Positions 44,158 to 55,390 of a DNA stretch of 64,000 nt are shown piece after piece (within the stretch, counting starts at the first letter, position 1; each line of letters begins with the position of its first letter). This stretch comes from an uncultured Planctomycetota bacterium (GTDB taxonomy: Bacteria > Planctomycetota > Planctomycetia > Isosphaerales > Isosphaeraceae), in assembly GCA_963845755.1 (NCBI GenBank), contig CAWJTV010000049.1, positions 88,741-152,740 of the forward strand. The letters are read 5' to 3'. The notes under the pieces are model-generated. The model saw nothing but the letters and a program-made list of their open reading frames with translations, was not told where the DNA came from and searched no databases. The position numbers were made by a program, and so were the translations under genes.

Positions 44158-46885
44158 TCAGTCGCCGACGAGGACGGTCTTGACCGCGGCTGGTTCCTCC
44201 GCAGCGTCAAGCTTGAGCACGGCAGACGCTCGTAGCCTGCGCTCCCGGGTCCAGATCGCCAGCGCGGAGACCACGACGGCCAGCAGGATCAAGAACACGT
44301 CCCAGAACGTGGCCCACTCGAGAATGACCGGGGTCATGTTGTTCCCGTTGTCTAAGCGAACATCGAGAATGAGCAGGACGATCGCGGGAAGGACGCTGGC
44401 TAATGGCAATCCTCGGCAGTAGGGCAGATGGCTCAGGTAAGGGTAAAGGTTGAGGTAAAGCATCGGCCAGCCCAAGGTCAAGTAGAGGAACAGGCCAACG
44501 CTGGCGGCGATGGCGCGGCGGCGGGTACGGAACACGATCCGCAGCGCCAGGCCGAGACTGACGACCGACGCCCCCTGGGCCAGGATCGTCATGACCGCGA
44601 GGAAGGCACTCGTCAAGAGCCTGGCGCGCGAGCGATGCGGCAGGACCGGCCGCGCCGCGATTTCCGCGTCGGTGGCGGGCCGCGTCCTCGCGGGTCCGGA
44701 CACGGGCCTCGTGATCACGAGGGTGGTGCCGTCAAAGACATCCGTGGTGATCTCCTCCTGGCTACCGTCTGGAAGCGTCGTGACCTTCGGCACGACCCTG
44801 ACGGGCCGGTAAGCCGTAGCTACGGCCAAGCCGATCAGCGCCGGGCCGATCGCCAGCAGCGGGACCAGTCGAAAGCACTCCCACCATTGTCCCGCGAACG
44901 ACCTCCGGTCGCCGGTCGCCGTCGAAGGTTCCAGGGCCGCCGCCCTCAGCATCCCCGGCGTCGAGATGGACGCCGGCGCTTCACCGCCAGGAGGAGGAGT
45001 GCGATGGCGATCAGCAGCGCGACAGCCCAGTGCACCGAACTCCAACCCACGATTCAATCCCACCAGGCCATTGATCCAGAGTTCGATTGATCCGAAGAGT
45101 CCGCCGACTCCGATCAATCCCGCCAGGAGCACCACGATGTCGGAGAGCACCGAGGGGCGTCGCCGCCGTTCGGGAATCCGGCCGAAACAGCCGTCGAAAG
45201 TACGTACACTCAGCCACAAGAGTCCGACGGCCAGCGTGAGGCACTCGATGTCCCAGAACCCGATCCACCAGAAGAGACGCCGTTCCGGACCGAACTGCGA
45301 CGACAATTCCTGGGCCAGCACTCCACCGGCAACGACGGGACTCAGGAACATCATCCCCTCGCTCGCCGGCCCCAGACGACTGGCCCCGACGAAGATCGGC
45401 CAGCCGGCGCTCACCATCACGGCGAAGGCGACGCTCGCGGCGATCGCCCGGCTCTGCCGCCTGATCCAGATGGCCAGGGCCAGGCCGACGCTGGCGATCA
45501 ACGCACCGTGGACCAGGATCGTCGCGACCAGGAGGGTCACGCCGAAGAGAAGCTCGCCCCGATGCATCTCCTGGAACGTGCCGGCGGACAGTCCCAGCCG
45601 AGACTGCGCCGCGGGTGACCGGTAGGCCGTGGCCAGTGCGAGAGCCACCAGGCCCGGCCCGAGTGCCAGCAACGGCACCAGCCGGAGCGTTCCCAGCCAT
45701 TTGCCGACCACGATCGCACGGGTCGAAAGCGTGGTCGTGGCGAGCAGGTCGAGGCTGCCCCGCTGACGCTCTTCCGACATCGACGTCGGCGCCACGGCCG
45801 ATAACATCATCAGCCCGAAGATCAACTGGACGAAGCAGCCGAAGATCCCGATACCGAACCCCGCCGCATTCCGAAACTCATCCAGCCCGTCCGCCCAGAG
45901 CAGGACGGCGCCAACGACGCAAGCGATACCGCTCGACCCGCCGACGACCCCGATCAGAATCAGCAGCCAGCGCGACGGCCGGGATCGATGCCACTCGCGC
46001 CAGAGCACGGGATTGCCGTCGAGCGACGGGCCAGGCAGCCAGCGCAGGACCCGGCCGATCACGCCGAACGAAGGCGCCCTGCGATGGCCGTCGGCCCCGC
46101 GATTGGCCACGGGCCGCATCCGCCAGACCGCCAGGACCGTCAATCCACCGGCAGCCGCCAGCGCCACGGCAAAGAAACCGAAATAATCCCAGAAACGCAT
46201 CTGGTTGGGCACCACGTACGGGGCGAACGCCAGGTAGTAAGGGTTGGCGACAAGACTCCACTGGGACGGTGAAGCGACCAGCCTCGCCCACGACAGGACA
46301 TACCAGATCGGCCAGACGAGCAGGACGAGCATCCAGAAGGTATAGGTCACCAGCACGACCTCGTGCGGCTTCCTGGCCCAGACCGACAGCGCCAGGGCCA
46401 TGGTGCAGCCGAGTAAGGCCACGGCCAGGATGATCGCGAACGCCAGGGTCAAGGCCGTGGGATCGATGCCCCCCAGCAGCGAACAGATCGACAGGACCGG
46501 CCAAGTGCACGCGATCAGTCCCAGGATCGGCAGCAGCCGTGCGCCCAACTTGCCCAGTACGATCTCGGCGTCCGAGAGGTCGGTGGCCAGAATATGGGTC
46601 AGGGTCCCCCGCGCGGTCCACGCAGATGGCCCCGGCCGTCGCCGCCGGGGCGGCGAGCAACACCAGGGTCAGCTCCACGCCGATGATCGCATAGAAGTAC
46701 GACTCGCCCAGTGCCGCATAGCTCCGCCATGCGTTCGCCGGATCGATCGACGTCCGTGAATTCGCGATCGTCGCGATCGCCGCGAGCAGGATGGCCACGC
46801 CGACCGACCGGAGGGTGTAGGTCTGCCAGCGTCGCGAGTTGGCCAGGCACTCGTAGACGAAGACCGGTCCCAGGCCAAAGCGCAT
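44158..46885 (-). CDS. ABC-2-type multi-module permease paralog C (frameshift near 46610; compensating pair near 45000)
   Basis: MRFGLGPVFVYEC start, ...KTVLVGD end. Confidence 0.84.
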
Positions 46886-46906
46886 GACTTTTTCCCCTTA
46901 AAGGTG

Positions 46907-46962
46907 GTTTCAGAAGGGGGACAGGCACCTCGAAGACTCGGAGCCAGTCCCCGTTTTGAAAC
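46907..46962. repeat. Palindromic intergenic element, copy 2
   Basis: gtttcagaagggggacagg...ccagtccccgttttgaaac. Confidence 0.8.
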
Positions 46963-47019
46963 AGCGTGTTACGCAGCGAACCTGCAATCGAACTGGGATT
47001 CCGGGTTCCCCCTCTGTAC

Positions 47020-49724
47020 TCAATCGATCACGAGGACCGTCTCGATCACCGGTTGTCCGCCCTCCGCATGTCGTGGGCGTGAAGAATACGCTCGGGACCT
47101 GCGGTTCAGAGTCCAGATCGCCAGTGTCGAGGCCGCGACAGCCAGCGTGATAAAGACCATGTCCCAGGACGCGGTCCACCAGACACTCTCCGCGATCACG
47201 TCCACGGGGTAACTTTCGCCGGGAAGAAGCTCGACGAGCGCAGGAACGGGGCTGGCCAGAAACAGATGGAAGGCCCTTGGAAAACCCGCGGAGACGAGGA
47301 GCGGCCAGCCCACGGTCACGAAGAGGAAGAAGCCGACGCTCGCGGCGATCGCGCGGCTGCGGCGACGGAATCCGATCCCCAGCGCCAGCCCCAGACTGAC
47401 GACCGCGGCTCCGTGGGCCAGGACGGTCAGAACCGCGAGGAAGGCGGTGGTCAGAAGGCTGGTGCGCGATCGAACCGGCTCGAGGGGCCGCGCCGCGATC
47501 TCCGCGTCGGTGGCCTCCCGCACGCTCGCGGACCCGGACGGGGGCCTCGTGATCACGAGGGTGATGCCGTCCATGGGATCCGTGGCGATCTCCTGCTGGC
47601 TACCGTCAGCCAGGGTCGTGACCTTCGGCACGACCGTGACGGATCGGTAGGCCGTAGTCACGGCCAGGCCGAGCAATGTCGGGCCAATGGCGAGCAGCAG
47701 GACCAGCCGAAACGACTCCCACCACCGGCGGGCAAACAACCTCGCGTCGAGGATCGCGGTCGAAGGTTCCCGGCCCAGGGACTGCGGCGATCCTGCCGTC
47801 GAGATCGACAACGGCGCCCTCGCCGCGAGGAGGAGAAGTCCGACAGCGACCAGGAGCGAGCACCCCAGGACCCCGTAGGTCAGCCCGGGATTGACGCGCA
47901 CCAGGCTGGTGAACCCGATGGCGATCCAGCCGTAGAGGCCGCCCACGCCGACCAATGCGGCCAGGAGCACCACGACGTCGGCGAGTACCGACGCGCGTCG
48001 CGGTCGTTCGGGAATCCGGCCGAAACAGCCGTCGAAAGTACGCACAGTGAGCCACAACAATCCGACCGCCAAGACGAGGCACTCGATGTCCCAGAATGCC
48101 ATCCACCAGAAGCGACGCCATTCTGGACCGAACCGCGACCACGGCGTATTGATGAGGGCTCCCGCGGTCACGACGGGACTCAGCAACATCATCCCCTCGC
48201 TCGCCGGCCCCAGACGACTGGCCCGGACGAAGATTGGCCAGCCGACGCTCACCATCACGGCGAATGCGACGCTCGCGGCGATCGCCCGGCTCTGTCGCTT
48301 CATCCAGACGGCCAGGGCCACGCCGACGCTGGCGATCAACGCACCGTGGACGAGGATCGTCGCGACCTGGAGGGTCGCGCCGAAGAGCAGCTCGCCTCGA
48401 AAAACGACCTGCCTCATGCCGACGGGCCGTTGCATCGGGGCCTGCGCCCTGGGTCTCGGGGAGGCCGTGGCCAACGTGAGAGCCACCAGGCCCGGCCCGA
48501 GGGTCATCAACGGCACCAGGCGGAGCGTTCCCAGCCATTTGCCGACCACGATCGCACGGGTCGAAAGCGTGGTCGTGGCGAGCAGGTCGAGGCTGCCCCG
48601 CTGACGCTCTTCCGACATCGACGTCGGCGCCACCGCCGATAACATCAGCAGTCCGAAGATCAACTGGATGATGCTTCCGAAAATCCCCATACCGAACCCC
48701 ACCACCGTCCAATACTGGTCCAGCTCGTCCGTCCAGAGCAAGACGGCGCCGACGACGCAGGCAATCCCGCTCGACCCGCCGACGATCCCAATCAAGGCGA
48801 TCAGCCAGCGCGAGGGCCGCGACCGATGCCACTCGCGCCACAGCACGGGATTGCGGTCGAGCGACGGGCCGGGAAGCCGGCGCGTGATCCGGCCGATCAC
48901 GCCGAAAGAAGGCGCCCTGCGATGGATGTCGGTCCCGCGATTGGCCACGGGCCGCATCCGCCACATCGCCAGAACCGTCAATCCACCGGCAGCCGCCAGC
49001 GCCACGGCAAAGAAACCGAAATAGTCCCAGAAACGCATCTGGTTCGGCGCCACGTACGGGGCGAACGCCAGGTAGTACGGGTTGGCGACAAGACTCCACG
49101 GGGACGGTGGAGCGACCAGCCTCGCCCACGACAGGACATACCAGATCGGCCAGACGAGCAGGACGAGCATCCAGAAGGTATAGGTCACCAGCACAACCTC
49201 GTGTGGCTTCCTGGCCCAGACCGACAGCGCCAGGGCCATCGAGCAGCCCAGCAAGGCGACCGCCAGGATGATCGCGAACGCCAGGGCCAAGGCGGTGGGG
49301 TCGATACCCCCCAGCAGGGAGCCGATCAAAAGCACCGGCCCGGTGCAGGCGATCAGCCCCACGATCGGCAACAGCCGCGCGGCCAACTTGGCCAGGACGA
49401 TCTCGGCGTCGGAGAGGTCGGTGGCCAGCATGTGGGTCAGGGTCCCCCGCCCCGGTCCACGCAGATGGCCCCGGCCGTCGCCGCCGGGGCGGCTAGCAAC
49501 ACCAGGGTCAGCTCCACGCCGATGATCGCGTAAAAGTACGACTCGCCCAGTGCGGCATACGCCCGCCAGTCGTTCACCGCATTGATCGCCCGGCGCGAGT
49601 TCGCGGTCGTCGCGATGGCTGTCAGCAGGATGAGCACGCCAAGCGACCGGATGGCATAAGTCTGCCATCGTCGCGAGCTGGCCACACATTCGTAGAGGAA
49701 AACCGGACCCAGACCCCATCGCAT
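47020..49724 (-). CDS. ABC-2-type multi-module permease paralog D (frameshift near 49450)
   Basis: MRWGLGPVFLYEC start, ...ETVLVID end. Confidence 0.85.
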
Positions 49725-49757
49725 GGCTGATTCCTCGAGTTCAGGTCTCCGCTCAGG

Positions 49758-52596
49758 TTACCTCGGGGCTGCACCGGCTGAGGCCGGCTCCGACCCCAGC
49801 CACCCATCTTCTTGCCCTGCCTTGCTGACGGCGTGGCGAGAGTCGGTGGACCCGAGGGCCGACTGTTCCAGCAGAGCCACCGCCGGTCGTTCGGATTCAA
49901 CGTCCCGCCCGGATGAACGATACGCTCGCGACCTGCGGCCTAGGACCCCGATCGCCAGCGCAGCGAACGCGGCCGCCATCAGGAGGAAGAACGTGTCCCA
50001 GAACGCCGCCCACCCAATCAGCTCCGCGATCATCGAGTCGGAACGCATGTTGACCAGGAGCAGCACGATCGTGGGGACGGGGCTGGCCATCGCCAGGGCT
50101 CGAGGGTAAGTGAACTGAACCTGGGGATCCGGAGGGTACAAGCGAAAGACGTGAAAAAGCGGCCAGACGACGGTCACGACAAGGAACAGGCCGACGCTCG
50201 CAGCGACCGCCCAGCCTCGGCGACGGAAGCCGATCCCCATCGCCAGGCCGAAGCTGACGACCATCGCTCCGTGGGCCAGGACCGTGAGGACCGCGAGCAA
50301 GACGGCCGATGAGCGTTTGGCGAGCGAGGGACCGTGGTCAACCGGACGGGCGGCGATCGCCTCCTGGGTGGCGACCCGCATGCTCGTGGAGCCGGTCTTG
50401 GGATGTATGATCACCAACGTAATGCCCCAAGGACTTGTGCTAATATGCTCCTCGGATCCGTCAGGAAGTGTCGTGACCTTCGGCACGACCCTGAAGGGCT
50501 GGGGAACGATCACGAGGGCCAGGCCCAGGACGCGCCGGGCCGATGGCCAGCAGCAGGACCAGGCGAAACGACTCCCACCAACGACCCAGGAACAACCTCC
50601 GATCGGGGATCGCGGGCGAGGGATCCAGACTCATTGCGTGCGTCGTCCTTACCGGCGCGATCGACCGGGGCACCCGGATCGCCAGGAGAAGGAGTCCGAC
50701 GGCGATCGCCAGCGCGGCGGCCAGAACCCCGAGGTCCAACCCTTCGTTCCTGCGCAACAAGCGGGAGATCCCAATGTCGAACGCCCCGAAGAGGCCGCCG
50801 ACTCCGATCAAGCCGGCCAGGAGCACGATGACGTCGGCGAGCACCGATGCGCGGCGGGGTCGATCGGGGACTCGGCCGAAGCAGCCGTCGAACGTCCGAA
50901 CCGTCAGCCACAATAACCCCAGCGACAGCGCGAGGCACTCGATGTCCCAGAATGAGGTCGCCCAGAGGAGATCCCGGAGCATGGGACGTCGGATCAAGAG
51001 GCAATCCATGAAGAGCTCGCCGGCCATGACCGGACTCAGGCTCACGAGCGGACCTCCGCCCCGACCCACGTGGCCGAACTCGATCAACATCGGCCAACCC
51101 CCGTGCAGCAGCCCGGCGAGTCCCACGCTTACGGCGATCGCGCGGCTCGGCCGCTTGATCCAGACCCCCAGCGCCAGGCCGATCGTGCTGAGCAGCATCC
51201 CGTGCACCACGATCGTCGTGAACAGAAGAAAACCCCCGTAGAGCAGCTCACCCCGGCTTGGCTGAGCGAATTCGTACCACGTTTCCCACGGCAGACGAGT
51301 TACGACCCGGGGCGTCCGGTAGGCCGTGGCCATCGCGAGTCCCAGTAGCCCGGGCCCGATCGCCAGCAAGAGGACCAGCCGGAGCAACCCCAGCCACTTG
51401 CCGATCACGATCGTGCGAGTGGACAGCGTCGTGGTCGCCAGCAGATCGAGGCTGCCGCGCTGCCGCTCCTCGGCCATCGACATCGGTGCCGCGGCCGATA
51501 TCATCAGGAATCCCAGGATCAACTGGAGGAAGAAGGCAAAGATCCCCGCGATCGTCCACGGTGTCGGAGCCCTCCGGAAGGAGTCCAGGCCATTCCTCCA
51601 CATCGAGACGGCGCCGCCGGCGCAGGCGATCCCGGTCGTCCCGCCGACGATCGCGATCAAGATCAACACCCATCGCGACGGCCGGACCCGATGCCACTCG
51701 CGCCAGAGCACGGGATTGCCGTCCAGCGACGGGCCGGGGAGCCAGCGCGTGACCCGCCCGACCAGGCCAAGCCCGGGCTCCCATCGACGATCGACACTCC
51801 CCCGATTGGCGACGCGTCGCATCCGCCAGATCGCCAGGGCCGTCAACAGGGCGGAGAGGGTCAGCGACGCGGCGAAGAAACCGACATAATCCCAGTAACC
51901 CACCCCGACCCCGTTCGGCTCGGCGTACGGGGCGATCACCAGGTAATACGGGTCGGCCACCAGGCTCCAGTCGGGCGGCGACGCGACCAGCCCTCGACGC
52001 GCCATCGCGCCCCAGATCAGCCAGAAGAACGGGCCCAGCATCCAGAAGGTATACGTCACCAGCACGACCTCGTGCGGCTTTCGCGCCCAGACGGAAAGCG
52101 CCATCGCCATCGTGCAGCCCAGGAGGGCCACGGCCAGGATGACCGCGAACGCGAGCGTCAGGGCCTTCGGATCGATGCCGCCTAAGAGCGAGCTGATCGC
52201 CAGCACCGGCCAGGTGCAGGCGACCATCCCCAGGATCGGCAGCAGCCGCGCGGCCAGCTTGCCCAGCACGATCTCCGGGTCAGATAAGTCGGTGGCCAGC
52301 ATGTGGGTGAGCGTACCGCGAGCGCGGTCGACGCAGATGGCGCCGGCGGTCGCCGCCGGGGCGGCCAGCAGGACGACGGTCAGCTCGACGCTGACGATCG
52401 CGTAATAATAGGACTCGCCGAGCTCGGCGTAGCCTTGCCAGGAACTCGCCGCGAACGGCGACGCATGTGACGTCGCGATGGTTGTCATCGCCGCCAGTAC
52501 GATGGCCACGCCGAGCGATCGGATCGCGTAGATCTGCCATCGCCGCGAGTTGGCCAGGCACTCGTAGACGAAGACCGGTCCCAATCCCCATCGCAT
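49758..52596 (-). CDS. ABC-2-type multi-module permease paralog E (frameshift near 50530)
   Basis: MRWGLGPVFVYEC start; C-terminal part lies in ORF 49758-50513; divergent, extended tail. Confidence 0.84.
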
Positions 52597-52675
52597 CACG
52601 CTTCCCCCTCACGAGGCGAATTCGCGGCCCAATCGGCACTCCGGATCCTCGAATCCGGAATCCGCCCCGGTCCGC

Positions 52676-55339
52676 TCAATCGCCGATCAGAGCCGTTTCA
52701 ACGATCGGGTGGCCCTCCGCGGCGTCGATCTCGGAAGTCCGTTGGCTCCTGGGTAGGCTCAGAAGTCGTCGTTGCCACGCTCGGGCGGTCCACGACAGGA
52801 GCCCGAACGTGGACAGGGCCACCACGACGTCCCAGAGCAGGACGCAACGGAAGATATCCTCGGCGCTGAACGACCGGCGGCTGATCAGGAGATCGAGCAG
52901 CGAGTTCGAGGCGACAACGAAGATCCATGTTGATGTTATCAATTCAAAATCATAATGGTTATTAGTCATAAACAGATAAAGTGGCAGGATGAGGAGGACC
53001 AGGAGGGGGAGGCCGATCGCGGCCAGGAAGGCACGTCTCGACCACGCTTTCACGGTGCTGAGCGCCAGGCCGACGCCGATTGCGGCAGCTCCATGAACCA
53101 GGATGGTGACGATCCACAAGCCGCCGCCGATCAGCCGCTGGCCCAGGTTCACCTCGCCGACGAGCGGGACGTGCTCCTTGATCAGCTCATAGGTGACAAC
53201 CGGATTTTTCGATGCATCATTCGATGTCTTGGTCTGGTATGTGGGTTTCCAGTGGGCCGTGCTCGAGGCCATCGCGAGGACCGCCGGCCCGATCGCCAGG
53301 AGCAAGACCAGGCGGAACGAGGCCCACCATCGGCCCCGGATGAACCTCCGAGCCGAGAGACCCGCGGCCTCGTCAACGGGAATGGTCGTTCCCAGCCGGC
53401 GCCCGGACACCGCCGACTCCACGGCGAGCAGCACCAGCCCGACCGCCAAGAAGAAGGAGTACGCCAGGATTCCGATCGATGTTGGCACATCGTGCTCTGG
53501 CACCTCGACACCTTCGATCAAGGTAAAGACGCCCCCGAGCAGCGAGCCGGCGCCGATCATGCCGGCCAGGATCACGACCGTGATGGTCCGGACCGAGACG
53601 CTCCAGGGACGATCCGAGATCCGGTCGAAGCAGCCGTCGAAGGTCCGGACCGTCAGCCACAGCAGTCCCATGGCGACGGCGAAGACCTCGACGACCCAGA
53701 ACGAGCCCCACCAGAGCGTCTCGCCGGCGTAGGCTTGCCTCCGACTTCCAAAGACATTGAGCATGCCGATGCATGTGACAAAGGGGCTGAGTGCGGCGAG
53801 ACCCTCGCCGGATCGTCCCCTTCCCCTCAAGCCCGTGAACACAAGAAACGGCCAGGCCGCAATGACCAGGACGAACAGGGCGACGCTGAAGGCGATCGCC
53901 CGGCTCTGCCGCTGGATCCAGACCGCCAGGGCCAACCCGATGCTGGCGATCAGCGCACCGTGGGCGAGGATCGTCCCGACGATCACGCCGACACCATAGA
54001 TCCGGGCTGCGAGCGAGATTTCCTGGTAGTACTCCGGCGGAAAACCCGGCGCCGTCATATTCGCTGACGCCAACCTCCCGGTGGCCATGGCCAGGGCGAG
54101 ACATCCCGGGCCGACCGCCATCAAGGCCGCGAAGCGGAAGGTCCCCAACCATTTGCCGACCACGATCGCCCGCGTGGAGAGCGCCGTGGCGGCCAGGACA
54201 TCCAGGCTGCCGCGCTGCCGCTCCTCGGCCATCGACGTCGGCGCGACGGCGGCGAGCATCAGCAAGCCGAAGATCACGTGGAGCAGGTAGGAGAAGACGC
54301 CGGTCGTTTCCCACGTGCCTCCCGGCCCATTGGTCACCCCGTTCTGCCAGAACGCGATGGCCCCGATGATACAAAGCACTCCGGTCGTGCCCATCAGCAT
54401 CGCGAGGAGGATCAACATCCATGGGGAAGGCCGCGACCGATGCCACTCGCGCCATAGCACGGGATTGCCATCAAGCGACGGACCGGGAAGCCAGCGCGTG
54501 ATCCGACCGATCAGGCCGATCCGCGGCCCTCGACTCTTCTCGACCGAGCCACGACAGGCGACCGGCCGCGTCTTCCAGACCGCGAGACCGGTCAATCCGG
54601 CGGACGCCGTCAGCGCCGCACCGAAGAAGAGGGCGTAGTCCCAGAAGTCGAGCTTACCGGGGTCGGCATAGGGGGCGTAGGCCACGTAGTACGGGTTGGC
54701 GAGGAGGGTCCACGTCGGCGGCGGACCGAGCAGGCCATTGTGGGCCAGGCCCGTCCAGATCGGCCAGATGAGCAAGCCCAGCATGAAGACGGTATAGGTC
54801 GCCAGGACGACCTCGTGCGACTTCCTGGCCCAGACCGAGAGCGCCAGCGCCATCGTGCAGCCGAGCACGGCGATGGCCAGGATCTCCGCGAAGGCCAGGG
54901 TCAGCGCGACGGGGTCGATCCCGCCCAGCAGCGAGCAGATCGCCATCACGGGCCAGGAACAGGCGACCAGGCCGAAGACCGGCAAGAGCCGCGCCGCCAA
55001 CTTGCCCAGGACGATCTCCGGGTCCGAGAGGTCCGTCATCAGCATGTGCGCCAGGGTGCCGCGGGCGCGATCCAGGCAGATCGACCCCGCCGTGGCCGCC
55101 GGCGCCGAGAGCATCACCAGGGTCAGCTCCACGCCGATCAGGGCGAAGAAATAGGATTCGCCCAGCTTGGCATAGTCGCGCTGAAAGTTCCCCGTGAGCG
55201 GGGCACTGGGAGACGTCGCGATCGTCCACATGGCGATCAACAGCGCGGCGACGCCCACCGCGCGGAGGACATACGTCTGCCATCGTCGCGAGTGGGTCAG
55301 GCATTCGTAGATAAAGACCGGCCCGAGTCCCCAACGCAT
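52676..55339 (-). CDS. ABC-2-type multi-module permease paralog F (intact)
   Basis: Single ORF of about 888 aa, MRWGLGPVFIYEC ... ETALIGD. Confidence 0.88.
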   Translation of the reverse strand: MRWGLGPVFIYECLTHSRRWQTYVLRAVGVAALLIAMWTIATSPSAPLTGNFQRDYAKLGESYFFALIGVELTLVMLSAPAATAGSICLDRARGTLAHMLMTDLSDPEIVLGKLAARLLPVFGLVACSWPVMAICSLLGGIDPVALTLAFAEILAIAVLGCTMALALSVWARKSHEVVLATYTVFMLGLLIWPIWTGLAHNGLLGPPPTWTLLANPYYVAYAPYADPGKLDFWDYALFFGAALTASAGLTGLAVWKTRPVACRGSVEKSRGPRIGLIGRITRWLPGPSLDGNPVLWREWHRSRPSPWMLILLAMLMGTTGVLCIIGAIAFWQNGVTNGPGGTWETTGVFSYLLHVIFGLLMLAAVAPTSMAEERQRGSLDVLAATALSTRAIVVGKWLGTFRFAALMAVGPGCLALAMATGRLASANMTAPGFPPEYYQEISLAARIYGVGVIVGTILAHGALIASIGLALAVWIQRQSRAIAFSVALFVLVIAAWPFLVFTGLRGRGRSGEGLAALSPFVTCIGMLNVFGSRRQAYAGETLWWGSFWVVEVFAVAMGLLWLTVRTFDGCFDRISDRPWSVSVRTITVVILAGMIGAGSLLGGVFTLIEGVEVPEHDVPTSIGILAYSFFLAVGLVLLAVESAVSGRRLGTTIPVDEAAGLSARRFIRGRWWASFRLVLLLAIGPAVLAMASSTAHWKPTYQTKTSNDASKNPVVTYELIKEHVPLVGEVNLGQRLIGGGLWIVTILVHGAAAIGVGLALSTVKAWSRRAFLAAIGLPLLVLLILPLYLFMTNNHYDFELITSTWIFVVASNSLLDLLISRRSFSAEDIFRCVLLWDVVVALSTFGLLSWTARAWQRRLLSLPRSQRTSEIDAAEGHPIVETALIGD

Positions 55340-55390
55340 CACAATCTCTCCTCACGAGGTCAGGCGGTTCCCGCGTCACGCTCGCACGGC

